A stretch of DNA of 64,000 bases. Source: an uncultured Bacteroidaceae bacterium (GTDB taxonomy: Bacteria > Bacteroidota > Bacteroidia > Bacteroidales > SM23-62). Of the stretch, positions 49,246 to 59,900 are shown one piece after another. The notes under the pieces were generated by a model that was given only the letters and a program-made list of their open reading frames with translations, was not told the DNA's origin and searched no databases. A program made the position numbers and the translations under genes. Location: the NCBI GenBank assembly GCA_964420035.1, contig CAYQQR010000018.1, positions 5,027-69,026 on the forward strand, written 5' to 3'. How positions within the stretch are numbered: the first letter of the stretch is position 1; each line of letters opens with the position of its first letter.

Positions 49246-51087
49246 TTATTCAATTTCAAGATTATCAATCACCTCGATCTTATGTTCCAGGATACGGACA
49301 TTTTTCCTGGCCCGCGCTATCTTGTCCTCAAATTCATTGATCATGGATTCGGCTTTTTTAGAATCGGCGAAAAATCCCATGTTATTCTCCCATAAGGCAA
49401 TATCATTTTTAAGCTGGGAAAGCTTGTTGATGAATTTTTCCCGTTCGCGCTTCAATTTCAGGTCAGCCCGGGGCTTTTGAATAATATTGTTGACCCGGGT
49501 TTTGAATTTCAGCATTTCTTTTTCCTCATCGGCGATGTCCAGATTATCCAGGTGTTTGTTTATGGCATCGGTATAACGCTCCTGTATCTCATCTTTCTTA
49601 TCCCGGGGTACAAATCCAATCTCCGACCACCGTTTCTGAAATTCGTTGATCTGTTCAAAGTTCTTTTTCAGATCATCGCTAAGCTTAAAAGTCTCAATTT
49701 CTGTAATGAGTTTCTCCTTTTCTTCAAGGTTTTGTTTGTAGTTCTCACCAATATTGGCATGGTGCTTCGATTTTCTGTTGAAGAAATGGTCGCAGGCTGC
49801 CCTGAATCTTTTCCAAACCTGGTCTGATTGCTTTCGGGGTACCGGCCCGATCTTTTTCCAGTCTTTCTGTAGCCTGATCAGCTTATCGGTGGTCTCTTTC
49901 CAGTCGGCACTGTCCTTCAGGGCCTCGGCTTCCTCACACATCCGGGTCTTCTTCTTTAGGTTCTCCCGCTGCAGCTCCTTGTCCCTGGAATAATACTCAC
50001 GCTTGGCCTGGAAAAATTTATCGCAGGCAGACTTGAAGCGGTCGTATATTTTCTGGTTATCCTTCCGGGGTGCAAAACCGATCTTTCTCCATTGTTTCTG
50101 AAGCTCCTTCATCTTTTCCGAGGCCTCTTCCCAATGTTTGGGAATACGGAATTCCCGTGCACGGATCTCTTCAGCCTTTTCGCACAGGGCCGTTTTATCG
50201 GCGAGGTTCTGCTTTTGCCTGGCTTTCAGGTCCTCCCAGTATTTCTGATGCCTCTTGTTGATGTCGCTGGTTGCTTCCTTGAAGCGCTCCCACATGGAAG
50301 AGCGGAATTCACGGGGTACCGGTCCGATCTCGCGCCACTGGTTATGCAGCTTCTGCAATTCCTTGAACGCCTTCAGAACATCCGGTTCATCCTGCAATTC
50401 TTCGGCCCGTTCGCGTAATTTGGTCTTGGCTTCAAGATTTTTCTTGAAATCGAGATCCCGCAGCTCTTTGTTGATCTTGATATAATCATAGAACTGCTCA
50501 ACATAAAGATTGTAGGTTGCCCAAAGGTCCTTTAAGCTCTGTTGGGGAACCATCCCTATGGCATACCATTCTTTCTGCAGTTCCCTGAATTCCTGGAAGG
50601 TCTTGTTGATGGATTCGTCGGTATTGATCAGGGCCTTGATCTTCTCAATGACCTCATATTTCTTCCTGAGATTATCCTGCCTTTCCTGGTCCAGTTTTCT
50701 GTTAAGCTCAGCCTTCTTTTTCCTGTATTCTTTCAACAGCTCTTTCAAAACCTGCTCCTGTGGGTCCTCTTCCGGGTGAAAATCTTCCTCTTTACCTCCC
50801 GATGCAAGAAAGCGCGTTTTCTTTCTCTCGGTCTCTGTATTGAGTTTCTTATAGAAGTTAACCCGGATGACCTCCACTTCTTCCCGGATCTTCTGCACTT
50901 CGTTCTTTTCCAGAAGCTCCTTCAATCTGACCACCAACGATTCCCTGGACATATCCTGGTATCGGGATACATCCTTATCCCTTGCCCCGGATTCATCCCG
51001 GTTTCCCATTGGTTTCTTATCCTGATTCTGTGAATTCTGGGCATTCTCGTCTCCAGGAAAAGTATCTTTCTGATCCTCCATAGTCAT
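49246..51087 (-). CDS. DUF349-domain protein
   Basis: Repeated LQ..W..IGPVPR....W.RF..A units. Confidence 0.88.
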   Translation of the reverse strand: MTMEDQKDTFPGDENAQNSQNQDKKPMGNRDESGARDKDVSRYQDMSRESLVVRLKELLEKNEVQKIREEVEVIRVNFYKKLNTETERKKTRFLASGGKEEDFHPEEDPQEQVLKELLKEYRKKKAELNRKLDQERQDNLRKKYEVIEKIKALINTDESINKTFQEFRELQKEWYAIGMVPQQSLKDLWATYNLYVEQFYDYIKINKELRDLDFKKNLEAKTKLRERAEELQDEPDVLKAFKELQKLHNQWREIGPVPREFRSSMWERFKEATSDINKRHQKYWEDLKARQKQNLADKTALCEKAEEIRAREFRIPKHWEEASEKMKELQKQWRKIGFAPRKDNQKIYDRFKSACDKFFQAKREYYSRDKELQRENLKKKTRMCEEAEALKDSADWKETTDKLIRLQKDWKKIGPVPRKQSDQVWKRFRAACDHFFNRKSKHHANIGENYKQNLEEKEKLITEIETFKLSDDLKKNFEQINEFQKRWSEIGFVPRDKKDEIQERYTDAINKHLDNLDIADEEKEMLKFKTRVNNIIQKPRADLKLKREREKFINKLSQLKNDIALWENNMGFFADSKKAESMINEFEDKIARARKNVRILEHKIEVIDNLEIE

Positions 51088-51165
51088 CACACCCGAAAAT
51101 TAAGAGCAAAAATCGCAAACAGATACGAAAATATAGATTAATACATATCGGACAAAGTTTTACTT

Positions 51166-51212
51166 AAAATAAAAAGTGGCTGCCCCGGGATCATACCCCC
51201 GAACAGCCACTT
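51166..51212 (-). terminator. Intrinsic terminator of the Hsp20 gene
   Basis: Stem AAGTGGCTG../..CAGCCACTT followed on the minus strand by a TTTTTATTTT tract, ~25 nt after the stop. Confidence 0.7.
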
Positions 51213-51235
51213 CCAACTGAACCTAAACCAAACGA

Positions 51236-51685
51236 CTATGAAATCCTGACCTCTTTCCTTATGCTTTGTGCTTCTGCACGTTTCGGAATGTTAACGCTCA
51301 AAATGCCGTCTTTGTATGTGGCACTGATCTTATCCGCATCAGCACTCTCAGGAAGGGTAAATCTTTTTTCAAAAGCTCCGAAGTCGAACTGGCGGATACA
51401 ATAGTTCTCATCCTCACCGGATTCTTTGTTTTCTTCATTGATCCTGGAAATGGTCAATACACGATCATCAACATCAATGTTCATATCTTTCTTGTTAATG
51501 CCGGGCACAGCCATGTCAATTCTGAAATCCTTATCTCCTTCATAAATGTTAACGGCAGGACTGTTCTGATAACCGCTGCCATAGGAAGGTGTTCTGAGAA
51601 AATCTTCCATCCGGTTAAAAAGATCGTCGTTGCGATGCCAAACCGAAGGACTGAATCCTTTGTTTCTTATCTTTAATACAGTCAT
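51236..51685 (-). CDS. Hsp20/alpha-crystallin small heat-shock protein
   Basis: PAVNIYE, AVPG, FEKRFTLPE, ISATYKDGILSVNIPK. Confidence 0.92.
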   Translation of the reverse strand: MTVLKIRNKGFSPSVWHRNDDLFNRMEDFLRTPSYGSGYQNSPAVNIYEGDKDFRIDMAVPGINKKDMNIDVDDRVLTISRINEENKESGEDENYCIRQFDFGAFEKRFTLPESADADKISATYKDGILSVNIPKRAEAQSIRKEVRIS

Positions 51686-51735
51686 GATTCTAAGTTTTAT
51701 GTTTTATGCTATTTATGGAAACTGTTCCTTTAAGG

Positions 51736-51809
51736 TCAATTCTCATGCCAGCGAATCAGTTATGTCATTTTGTCTGCATTATGGTCCCCGGACATGCCAT
51801 AATGGCATG
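51736..51809 (-). promoter_or_regulatory. Putative sigma-54 promoter and TGnCA-N3-TGnCA upstream sites for Hsp20
   Basis: TGGCATG-AGAA-TTGA (51750-51736); TGTCATTTTGTCT (51763-51775); palindrome CATGCCA-TAA-TGGCATG (51793-51809). Confidence 0.55.
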
Positions 51810-51847
51810 CTGCAACAAGAACTACATTCATTACATTTGCAAGTACC

Positions 51848-52516
51848 ATGCGCGTTGACATCATAACGGGCCTACCGGAACTTCTGCTCTCCCCGCTGGG
51901 TCACTCTATTGCAGACCGGGCAGTGAAGAAGGGATTGGTAGAGCTTCAAGTGCACAATCTCAGGGATTATACACGGGACAAGTACCGGAGCATCGACGAT
52001 TATGCTTTCGGCGGTGGGGCCGGTATGGTTCTGATGATCGATCCCATATACCGGGTTCTTGAAAAGCTCAAGTCGGAACGCTCCTACGATGAGATCATAT
52101 ACACCAGTCCGGACGGGGAACCCTTTACCCAAAAAACTGCAAATGAACTTTCTCTAAAAAAGAACCTGATCATTCTCTGCGGGCATTACAAGGGGGTGGA
52201 CCAGCGGGTGAGGGACCATTTAATTACCCGTGAGATCTCTATCGGGGATTACGTCCTGTCAGGCGGCGAGCTTCCCGCGGCTGTCATTGCCGATGCCATG
52301 ATCCGGCTCATTCCCGGGGTGATCTCGGATGAAACCTCCGCTCTTTCCGATTCTTACCAGGACGGACTCATCGCTCCTCCGGTATATACCCGACCTGAGG
52401 ACTATAAAGGATGGAAAGTCCCGAAAGTGCTGCTTTCCGGCGATCATAAGAAGATTGAGGAGTGGAGGCAGGAGAAAGCCGAGGAGCTGACGAGGAAGAA
52501 GAGACCGGGGATGTAA
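51848..52516 (+). CDS. trmD: tRNA (guanine37-N1)-methyltransferase
   Basis: [44 protein letters not shown]. Confidence 0.96.
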   Translation: MRVDIITGLPELLLSPLGHSIADRAVKKGLVELQVHNLRDYTRDKYRSIDDYAFGGGAGMVLMIDPIYRVLEKLKSERSYDEIIYTSPDGEPFTQKTANELSLKKNLIILCGHYKGVDQRVRDHLITREISIGDYVLSGGELPAAVIADAMIRLIPGVISDETSALSDSYQDGLIAPPVYTRPEDYKGWKVPKVLLSGDHKKIEEWRQEKAEELTRKKRPGM

Positions 52517-52588
52517 GGTTCCTGGGTTCCTAGGTTCCTGAGTGCACGAGTTTGGATGGTTTTAATTTAGATTATTCCTTTTACTTAA

Positions 52589-52707
52589 CACACCACCTCC
52601 ACTTCGGAGAGGAAGAGAATTCGTAAATAATTAACATTCAATATATTACGAATTCCCCTCCTTCCCAAGGAGGGGTACTTTTTGCGACAGCAAAAAGGGG
52701 GGTGGTT
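52589..52707. mobile_element. MITE-like multi-hairpin element related to 3129-3331
   Basis: Ends ACCACC/GGTGGT; hairpins GAATTCGTAA..TTACGAATTC, CCCCTCCTT-CCC-AAGGAGGGG and CTTTTTGC-GACA-GCAAAAAG. Confidence 0.5.
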
Positions 52708-52773
52708 GAATTACTGTTAGACATCAAATCTCCTAATTGAAAAGCAGAAAACTCATCTTATATGTTGTCTTCT

Positions 52774-52966
52774 CTAACGCAACACTTTCCGTACAAAGGC
52801 AACAGTAAAGTAGGACATCAGGAAGAGGCCGATGAATCCTTCGATGCCTGCCAGCCACTGACTGGCGCCCAGCGGGTAGTAGTCGCCATAACCGATGGTA
52901 AGGAAAGTGATGGCGCTGTAATAAATAGCTTTCCCCAGCAGGGACATACCGGTATCCCTGGATCAT
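52774..52966 (-). pseudogene. Potassium-channel (two-TM pore domain) gene remnant; 57-aa frame 52947-52774
   Basis: MSLLGKAIYYSAITFLTIGYGDYYPLGASQWLAGIEGFIGLFLMSYFTVAFVRKVLR* = pore helix, TIGYGD filter and inner helix, with no outer helix. In-frame TGA at 52965-52963. Out-of-frame ATG at 52966 follows a promoter-like TAACTTTC. Confidence 0.75.
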
Positions 52967-53046
52967 GGTTCCAATGCACTGGAAAGCCGAAAGTTACAAA
53001 TTTTGACATGCTCTGCCAAGCAACTTTTCGCAAGGCTTTTGTCAAT

Positions 53047-55902
53047 TCACGACTGTTCACGGTGACAGATTGATTTGTAGGGACAAAAACTGCAGATTTT
53101 TTGATTGCCGGTTTGCCCGAAACCGGAATCCGGATTGAAGATCTCTGTCATAAGTTCATCCAGCCCGGATTTGAATTCAGCAGCCAGAGGTGTAAAATCC
53201 AAAAGCTCTTTTTGCCTGGTCCTGAACGCATAGGAGAAATCATCCCTGAAAATATCCCGCATGATATACAAGCCCGGTATCAGGGGAGCCCCATGACCCA
53301 GCTGCATCCATATCCAGGAATACAGCATCGCCTGGAAGGCTTCCCGGTTTCTCGAATCCACCGATCTTTGAAACAGGGAATCCAGGCCTGAAAAACCCAA
53401 TCTGGCCCTGCCCCCTGTTTTATAGTCTATGATCCGGGTTGTCCCTCTTGTCCGGTCTATACGGTCTATGGTCCCTCCCAGCATGACCCTGCAAGTTCGT
53501 TCACCTACCTGCACCTGTACCGGCCGTTTAACCTTCTTTTCCAGTCCGAGCACATGAATGGGAACCTGGTCCAGGTCCCTCCTGATGATCTGCAGCAGGA
53601 AATTCTCAAGGATCTCGAAGTTCAGTGCTGTTTTGCCCCCGCTGATATCCACCGATACCCCGAATTCACCCGAATATACTTCCCTGAAGGATCCGCCCAG
53701 GGCATCCCGGATCCTGTCCCTGTTCCCGATCAAGGCTTCCAGGTCTTCCTTTTGCAGAACCGTTTTGCCGGTATTCCCATAAAGAGCCGCAATGGTCCGG
53801 TGCAGAATACTCCCGAAAACCGCTGCATCCACTTCTTCCTTTATTTCTTCCTGTTCGCTGATCCGGGCTATGTAGCGGAAATAGAACTTCAAACTGCAAT
53901 CCAGGTAGGCATTCAGAGCACTGGGGGATAAATATTTACCTTTCTGTTCCCGGTAGCTGTCCAGGACCTGCATGATCCTTTCTGTTTTGGGAATCCGTAT
54001 GACGGGTATTCTTTCTTCGGTAACATCCAGGCGCATCGTGGCATGATCCACTTCAAACTTATCATCATAATCCAGTTGTAACAGGAAGCGGGAAGCCTCA
54101 CCGGTCCGGTTCCCGGATGCAGTATTATTATAGATCATGTTCACCGACCGGCTCCTGTGGAGAAGCCGGTAGAAATAATAGGCATAAATGGAATCATGAT
54201 CTTCGGTTACCGGCAACCCGAAGCCTTTTCTGAGATTGTAGGGGATCATGGATTGACCGTGGATCATCCCCGGCATATTTTCTTCATTCATCCCCAGGAG
54301 AATCACATGATCGAAATCCAGCAGGCGGGTTTCCAGTATACCCAAAACCTGGATCTTTTCCAGGGGTTCCCCTTCAAAGGGTATCCTTACCGGCTGAAGC
54401 ATCCTCCGGAGCAGCGTCATCAGGGTTGCCGTTTCCAGTTCCGGATCATACTGCTGCAACATTTCTCCCAGTTTTTGCAATATCTGAACCATACGGTAAA
54501 GAAATTCCCGGTCCAGGCCGCTTGCATTATCGCCGTTCTCTCCCAGAAAAGAGAACACCTTGAGAAGCACCCGGACCATCCAACGCGGGATCTGCTTTAC
54601 CTGGCCGGGTATAGGAAACAGAATTTCACTGAGGGGATGGACCCTGAGTTCGGACCCGGGAACCTGTATCCTGTTTTCCAGGACGATCCGCTTCAGCAAA
54701 TCATCGGCCCCGTGATCGATGATGCTCCGGATATAGGGATGCTGAAAAATACCCTGCACATCCTTGTAATAAAAACTGTAACGGTCCGCCTCACCCCGCC
54801 GGTTCCTGTATAAGCGTACCAACCGTTCCGCCAGGCTGTAGGCGGGGGTCATCAACAGGGGATAGCCCATGGTCACGTTGATGTTCCCATATTCCGGGGG
54901 TATGGAATGCAGCGCGGGCATCAGGAGTTGTTCATCGGCAAGTACGATGGCTATGGAGTGATCCTCCTGTTCAGCCGTAATACCCTCCAGGATACCGGGC
55001 AGTAACTTGGTCTGCCCCACGTCTGACGGCGCTGTGATGATCCGCAGTCCGGGTTTTTGTTCCTGCAGGATACCTGACAGGGGTGTATTTCCTGTCGCGG
55101 GATAATCCCGGATGTTATCCCTGATGAACCTGCCGGCTTCGTGGTCCTGTTGACCGGTATAATAGCTGTCATAATCCCAGTAAAACAGTGCGCGCCCCTT
55201 GTTCTTAAAATAATTTAAAAGTTTCTTTTCGCACTGATTCAGGGCATTGAAGCCCACGAAAATGACCCTGTGGTATTCCGTTTCCCTGATCCTGTTATCC
55301 CCGATCTTTTGCGCCACATCCCTGTAGATCATCCCTTCGTAACCCGTATTTTTCTCCCTGAGCTTGTTGTTCAGCTCTTTATAAACCCCTTCAAGGATCT
55401 GCCACACGCGTATAAAGGTCTTTTGGTGGCCGGGCATTTTTTCAAGATCGAATGCCTTCCAGAAGGTCCTGATCGCCTTCAGTTGCTCCTCCTCGAGGTA
55501 GGAAAAATGATCCTCGATCTCTTTCAGGGCCGAGAGGTTGAAGAACAGTTGGTGCGGATCGACCAGGTATTTGTCGATATCGTTAAAATCCCGCAGCAGC
55601 AGGTCGCCCCAGTAATAGAATTTATCAAAGCTTTCTTTCTCGCCGCTGTGTTTCTGATAGATCTCATGCAAATGGAATATGGCTTCCAGGTCGGATACCT
55701 GCTTCAGATCCGAGAGTTCGGACATCAGCCCGGAAATGGTGAGCATCAACGGGGACCAGGCAGGTTTGTCGAGCAGTTCTTTGTAGTATTCAGAAAAGAA
55801 CAACGCGGCCCTGCGGTTGGGGAAGACCAGGCAGGAGTGTTGGAGGTCGTTGCCCAACTCCCGGGTTAGTATTTCGGCCAGCTCTTTTAGGAAAGGTCTC
55901 AT
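53047..55902 (-). CDS. AddB-like PD-(D/E)XK nuclease with Fe-S staple
   Basis: VFPNRRA, GILETR.LDF, SPSALNAYLDC, GTIDRID..IIDYKTG, C..CPY..IC. Confidence 0.85.
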   Translation of the reverse strand: MRPFLKELAEILTRELGNDLQHSCLVFPNRRAALFFSEYYKELLDKPAWSPLMLTISGLMSELSDLKQVSDLEAIFHLHEIYQKHSGEKESFDKFYYWGDLLLRDFNDIDKYLVDPHQLFFNLSALKEIEDHFSYLEEEQLKAIRTFWKAFDLEKMPGHQKTFIRVWQILEGVYKELNNKLREKNTGYEGMIYRDVAQKIGDNRIRETEYHRVIFVGFNALNQCEKKLLNYFKNKGRALFYWDYDSYYTGQQDHEAGRFIRDNIRDYPATGNTPLSGILQEQKPGLRIITAPSDVGQTKLLPGILEGITAEQEDHSIAIVLADEQLLMPALHSIPPEYGNINVTMGYPLLMTPAYSLAERLVRLYRNRRGEADRYSFYYKDVQGIFQHPYIRSIIDHGADDLLKRIVLENRIQVPGSELRVHPLSEILFPIPGQVKQIPRWMVRVLLKVFSFLGENGDNASGLDREFLYRMVQILQKLGEMLQQYDPELETATLMTLLRRMLQPVRIPFEGEPLEKIQVLGILETRLLDFDHVILLGMNEENMPGMIHGQSMIPYNLRKGFGLPVTEDHDSIYAYYFYRLLHRSRSVNMIYNNTASGNRTGEASRFLLQLDYDDKFEVDHATMRLDVTEERIPVIRIPKTERIMQVLDSYREQKGKYLSPSALNAYLDCSLKFYFRYIARISEQEEIKEEVDAAVFGSILHRTIAALYGNTGKTVLQKEDLEALIGNRDRIRDALGGSFREVYSGEFGVSVDISGGKTALNFEILENFLLQIIRRDLDQVPIHVLGLEKKVKRPVQVQVGERTCRVMLGGTIDRIDRTRGTTRIIDYKTGGRARLGFSGLDSLFQRSVDSRNREAFQAMLYSWIWMQLGHGAPLIPGLYIMRDIFRDDFSYAFRTRQKELLDFTPLAAEFKSGLDELMTEIFNPDSGFGQTGNQKICSFCPYKSICHREQS

Positions 55903-55996
55903 TTAAAGATAAATTCTAAATCCGGAATTCGAAACGACACTCGAAATTCGAAACAGTTTATTAGCAACTAATCTTTATTCTTACAATCTTCAATCT

Positions 55997-56947
55997 TCAA
56001 TCAGATGCATAGTGCCTGCCCTGCCAGGTATCCAACTCCTTCATCCTTTTTTCGATCATATTCAGGACCTGGTCGGAGCGCAACTCCCAGTTGGGAGCAA
56101 GCAGGTATTGTGGATTGACCTCCCCCGCCAGCCGCTCGATGTAAATATCCGGGGTGAGATGTTCCAGGACCCGTATCACCAGGTCGACATATTCCAGCAG
56201 GTCCAATACGGGAATGCCGGAGGGATCCCTTTGATACTGCTGTCCCAAAACCGTATTCCGTACAATCTGGAGCTGGTGGTACTTGATGCTGTGCAGGGGC
56301 AGTTCAGAAACGATCCCTGCCTGATCCACCATATCCTGTTCGCTTTCTCCGGGCAAACCCAGGATCATATGGGCCCCGGTCCGGATGTCTCTTTCGCCGG
56401 TTTTGCGGATTGCTGCTTCGGAGGCCGCAAAATCATGTCCCCTGTTGATCCGTTCCAGGGTCCGGTCCAGGCAGCTTTCAATTCCATACTCGATTACCAC
56501 GAATTTCTCTTTATTCAGTCCGGCAAAATAATCCAGCAATTTATCATCTACACAATCGGGACGGGTTCCCAGCACCAGGCCGATCACCTGAGGGTGCTCC
56601 AGTGCAGGTTTATAGATCCCTTCAAGTTCTTCAAGCGGGGCATAAGTGTTAGTATATGCCTGGAAATAAGCAAGGTAGCTCACTGCTGAACGATATCTTT
56701 TCTTATGGAAGGCAATCCCCTCTTCCAGTTGTTTTTCCACGGATTTGTCCGGACTGCAATAGGATGGAGAAAAGGCGTTGTTGTTACAGTAGGTACATCC
56801 TCCCCTGCCCACGGTACCGTCACGGTTGGGGCAGGTAAAGCCGGCATCTATCGAGAGTTTTTGCACCCTTCCGCCGAAGCGCTCCTTCAGATAGAGCACA
56901 TACGCGTTGAAGCGCCTGGACTGATCCTTGCCGAAAAATTTTTTCAT
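55997..56947 (-). CDS. TIGR01212/YhcC-family radical SAM protein
   Basis: DAGFTCPNRDG..GCTYC, YFQAYTNTY, GTRPDC, HMILGLPGE, WQG. Confidence 0.9.
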   Translation of the reverse strand: MKKFFGKDQSRRFNAYVLYLKERFGGRVQKLSIDAGFTCPNRDGTVGRGGCTYCNNNAFSPSYCSPDKSVEKQLEEGIAFHKKRYRSAVSYLAYFQAYTNTYAPLEELEGIYKPALEHPQVIGLVLGTRPDCVDDKLLDYFAGLNKEKFVVIEYGIESCLDRTLERINRGHDFAASEAAIRKTGERDIRTGAHMILGLPGESEQDMVDQAGIVSELPLHSIKYHQLQIVRNTVLGQQYQRDPSGIPVLDLLEYVDLVIRVLEHLTPDIYIERLAGEVNPQYLLAPNWELRSDQVLNMIEKRMKELDTWQGRHYASD

Positions 56948-59900
56948 CCCGGGTTAATTTTTTCCACCTGGTCCAGTTTGACATACCAAAGGTAGCCTTC
57001 CACCTGTTCGTGGCCCATTTCACGGAGCCTCGACATATACTGGCGAACCTGCTGGTTATAATAGGTTTTTGTTTTGTCCCCGAATTTGAAATCCACCACT
57101 ACGGTCCTGCCGTCCCGCATCATCACCCGGTCGGGTCTCAGGGTCCCTTTCGCGCGGGTGAGGATGGATCTTTCCGGAAAAACCTGCCATCCGGGCCGGA
57201 ACCATTCCCGGGCAACCGGATGCCCGAGGGCCTTACGCGCCTCCGCCAGGAGATCCTGACGCACATCACCGGGAATCCTTCCTTCAAGCACCATCTTTTC
57301 TACCCCGTGTTGAAGGTCTTCTGCAGTTATGATACTTTTGAACAGGTCGTGCATCAGGGTACCGTAATTGATCCGCAGGGCCTGTTCGGGCCGTGTGATT
57401 TCCAGGAAGCCGGCTGAATCATATCGCAGGCTCAGTCTTCCTGCCGGGGTCCAGCTTTCCAGCCGGGGTTGCAGATTCACCTGTTTCGAAGGGACATGCC
57501 GTATGGCACAAGGCATTTCTCCGGAGGTAAATCTTTCCGTTCCGTCAGCCGGATCTATGAACAGATTACTCATCGACGCGCCGGGTTCCGTTTGAAGTTC
57601 GCAACAAACCCGGTAGACCAGATCGCCTGAATGTTTCAACGGATCGGGATTATTACTTTTGGGCCCGGTGCAGATCAGGACATCCTTCGCGCGGGTAAAA
57701 GCTACATAGAGCAGGTTCAGGTTATCGACCAGTGATTTCTGTTTTTCCAGCAGGTAATCCTGTTTGAAAAAAGTCTCTCCCAATTTTGAAGAATAGCGGA
57801 CCGGCAAGATGGGCATTTGACTGAAGGGTTCTTCACGGGGCCTGACCCACATCACGGGCCGGTGCCGGTCCGGACTCATCTCCCAGTCGCAATAGGGGAC
57901 CAGCACCACGTCAAACTCCAGACCCTTGGCCTTATGGATGGTGAGGATGGTGATGGCATCCTGGTTCTCTGAAATGTTCACCGACTGTTCGCTTCCGTGT
58001 TCTTCCCACCACTCGAGAAAAGTATCCAGGGCAGGGGATTCGCGGGTGGTGTAATCCCTCACCCTGTCCAGGAAAGCCTGGAGATAGGGTGTATTCCCTT
58101 TTTGCCCGGAAAGGTCCAGGGCCCTGATAAGCCTTTCCGTGAGTTCATATAAGGGCAGTTTACGCAACTGATCCCTGTTTTGCACCAGTTCACCCGGCAA
58201 TTCATTCTGTGGCTCCTCCCCTTCCGCGGATGGTCCGCCCGGAATACCTGCCAGGAGAAGGTCCAGCTGTTTCCCGTCCAGTTGATCAGGCCGGTGCAGA
58301 AAATGGTATTCATAGATCAGAAAGGCCTTGTTGATATGATCGTCAGGATCCCGGAGATATTTCATGGCGGCGATCAGTAATCTTACTGCTGCGGAAGCAT
58401 TCACGTAGAGAGATTCACCGGAGATCACCCTGAAATTATATGGGCTTCTTTCCGGCAGTTCCTGCTGGGTTTCCAGTAACAATCTGGCTATCCTCCGTCC
58501 TTCGGCTGCTGACCGCACCAGGATAGCCATATCCCCTGCCCTGTAATCATTTTCCTGGAGTTTTTTGATCTTATCCGCCAACATGCGGTCGGCAGCATCC
58601 ATCCAATGTTCTTCATCATTGTTTTCCAGAAAATTCAGTTCCGCAACTCCCCCCGTACCTGATACTTTTTCCGGAATTTCCTGCACCACATCCGCATAGG
58701 CTTCCCTCAGACTTACCGTTGGCGGGGATCCGGCCACCTTGTCGTTGCTTTCTGCCTCTGCCCTGAACCCTTCATCCAGTCTGGCAGCCGCCTTTTCAAA
58801 GAAAACATTATTGAACCGGATCACTGCTTCCCTGCTCCGGTAGTTGGTGAGCAGGGGCCTGATCTTGACCTCCTGTCCCGGGAAAGCCTTTTCAACTTCA
58901 CCGGCCAGAATATCCCAGTCGCTGTTCCGCCACCGGTATATGGATTGCTTCACGTCTCCCACGACAAGGTTATCAAATCCCTGGGCCAGGCTGTTGCTGA
59001 GCAGGGGCTTGAAATTCTTCCATTGCAGGCGCGAGGTATCCTGGAACTCGTCGATCATAAAATGATGGTAACGGTTTCCTGCCTTTTCATAGATAAAAGG
59101 AGCTTCATTGTCCCGGATGATCCCGTGGAGAAAGGCTGCCGCGTCGGAGATCAGGAAAAGATTCTGTTCCTGTGCATATTGATGCAGTTCTTCAGACAGG
59201 TCCTGGAGTACGCCCAGGTTATAGACTTCTTTAAGGATCCTGACAGCCGTGTTGTATTTTTCCCTGTTTTCGTCGAAATACGCGTATATTTTTTGAAGGC
59301 AGGATCGCAGACCCTTGTCGTAGGCTTCCCGGATGATCAGGGATTTGGGAGCGTTTTTGGCGGCCCATTTGCTGAAATCATCCACTGCCTGCCTCCGCGC
59401 CCCGGTGAGCACATCCAGTTTGCCCTGCATGATTCCGGGAAAGACTGCAGCCACGGAACGGGATTTCCCTGAAAAATCCTCAGTTTCAAGGTCCAGTCCC
59501 CTGATAATGGCAATAGCTTCCTGAGCAATGGATCTGAGTTCATTTTCAAAGGAAGATCGGATCCTGTGAAGGTCCCGTATAAAGCCGTTCAGGGTTTCTC
59601 TGTCACAGAAGGATCCGGAATGCAGACTTTGTTGTTCCTGGTATTCTTCCGAGACGATTTGTCCGGCCAGGTCTTTCATGCTGTTGCGTAATTCCCAGGA
59701 CCTGCCTTCTTCAATATTATGGAGGGCGTAGTTGGTGAGCCATTTACGGAGGTCCTCGTTCCGGTCCATCCGGGTCATGAGCAGTTCTATCGCGTGGAAG
59801 ATCAATCTTTTATCGTCCAGTTCGATGCTGAAGTTGCCGGTCTGGCCCGTTTCCCTCGTGAAGTTCCTGATGATCCGCTGGAAGAAGCTGTCGATGGTGC

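Noticed and set aside
52963-53046. TGA read-through or selenocysteine extending the channel frame
   Set aside because: The upstream in-frame sequence is not hydrophobic, has no ATG start, overlaps the promoter-like box and abuts the addB stop. Other genes use TGA as a normal stop.
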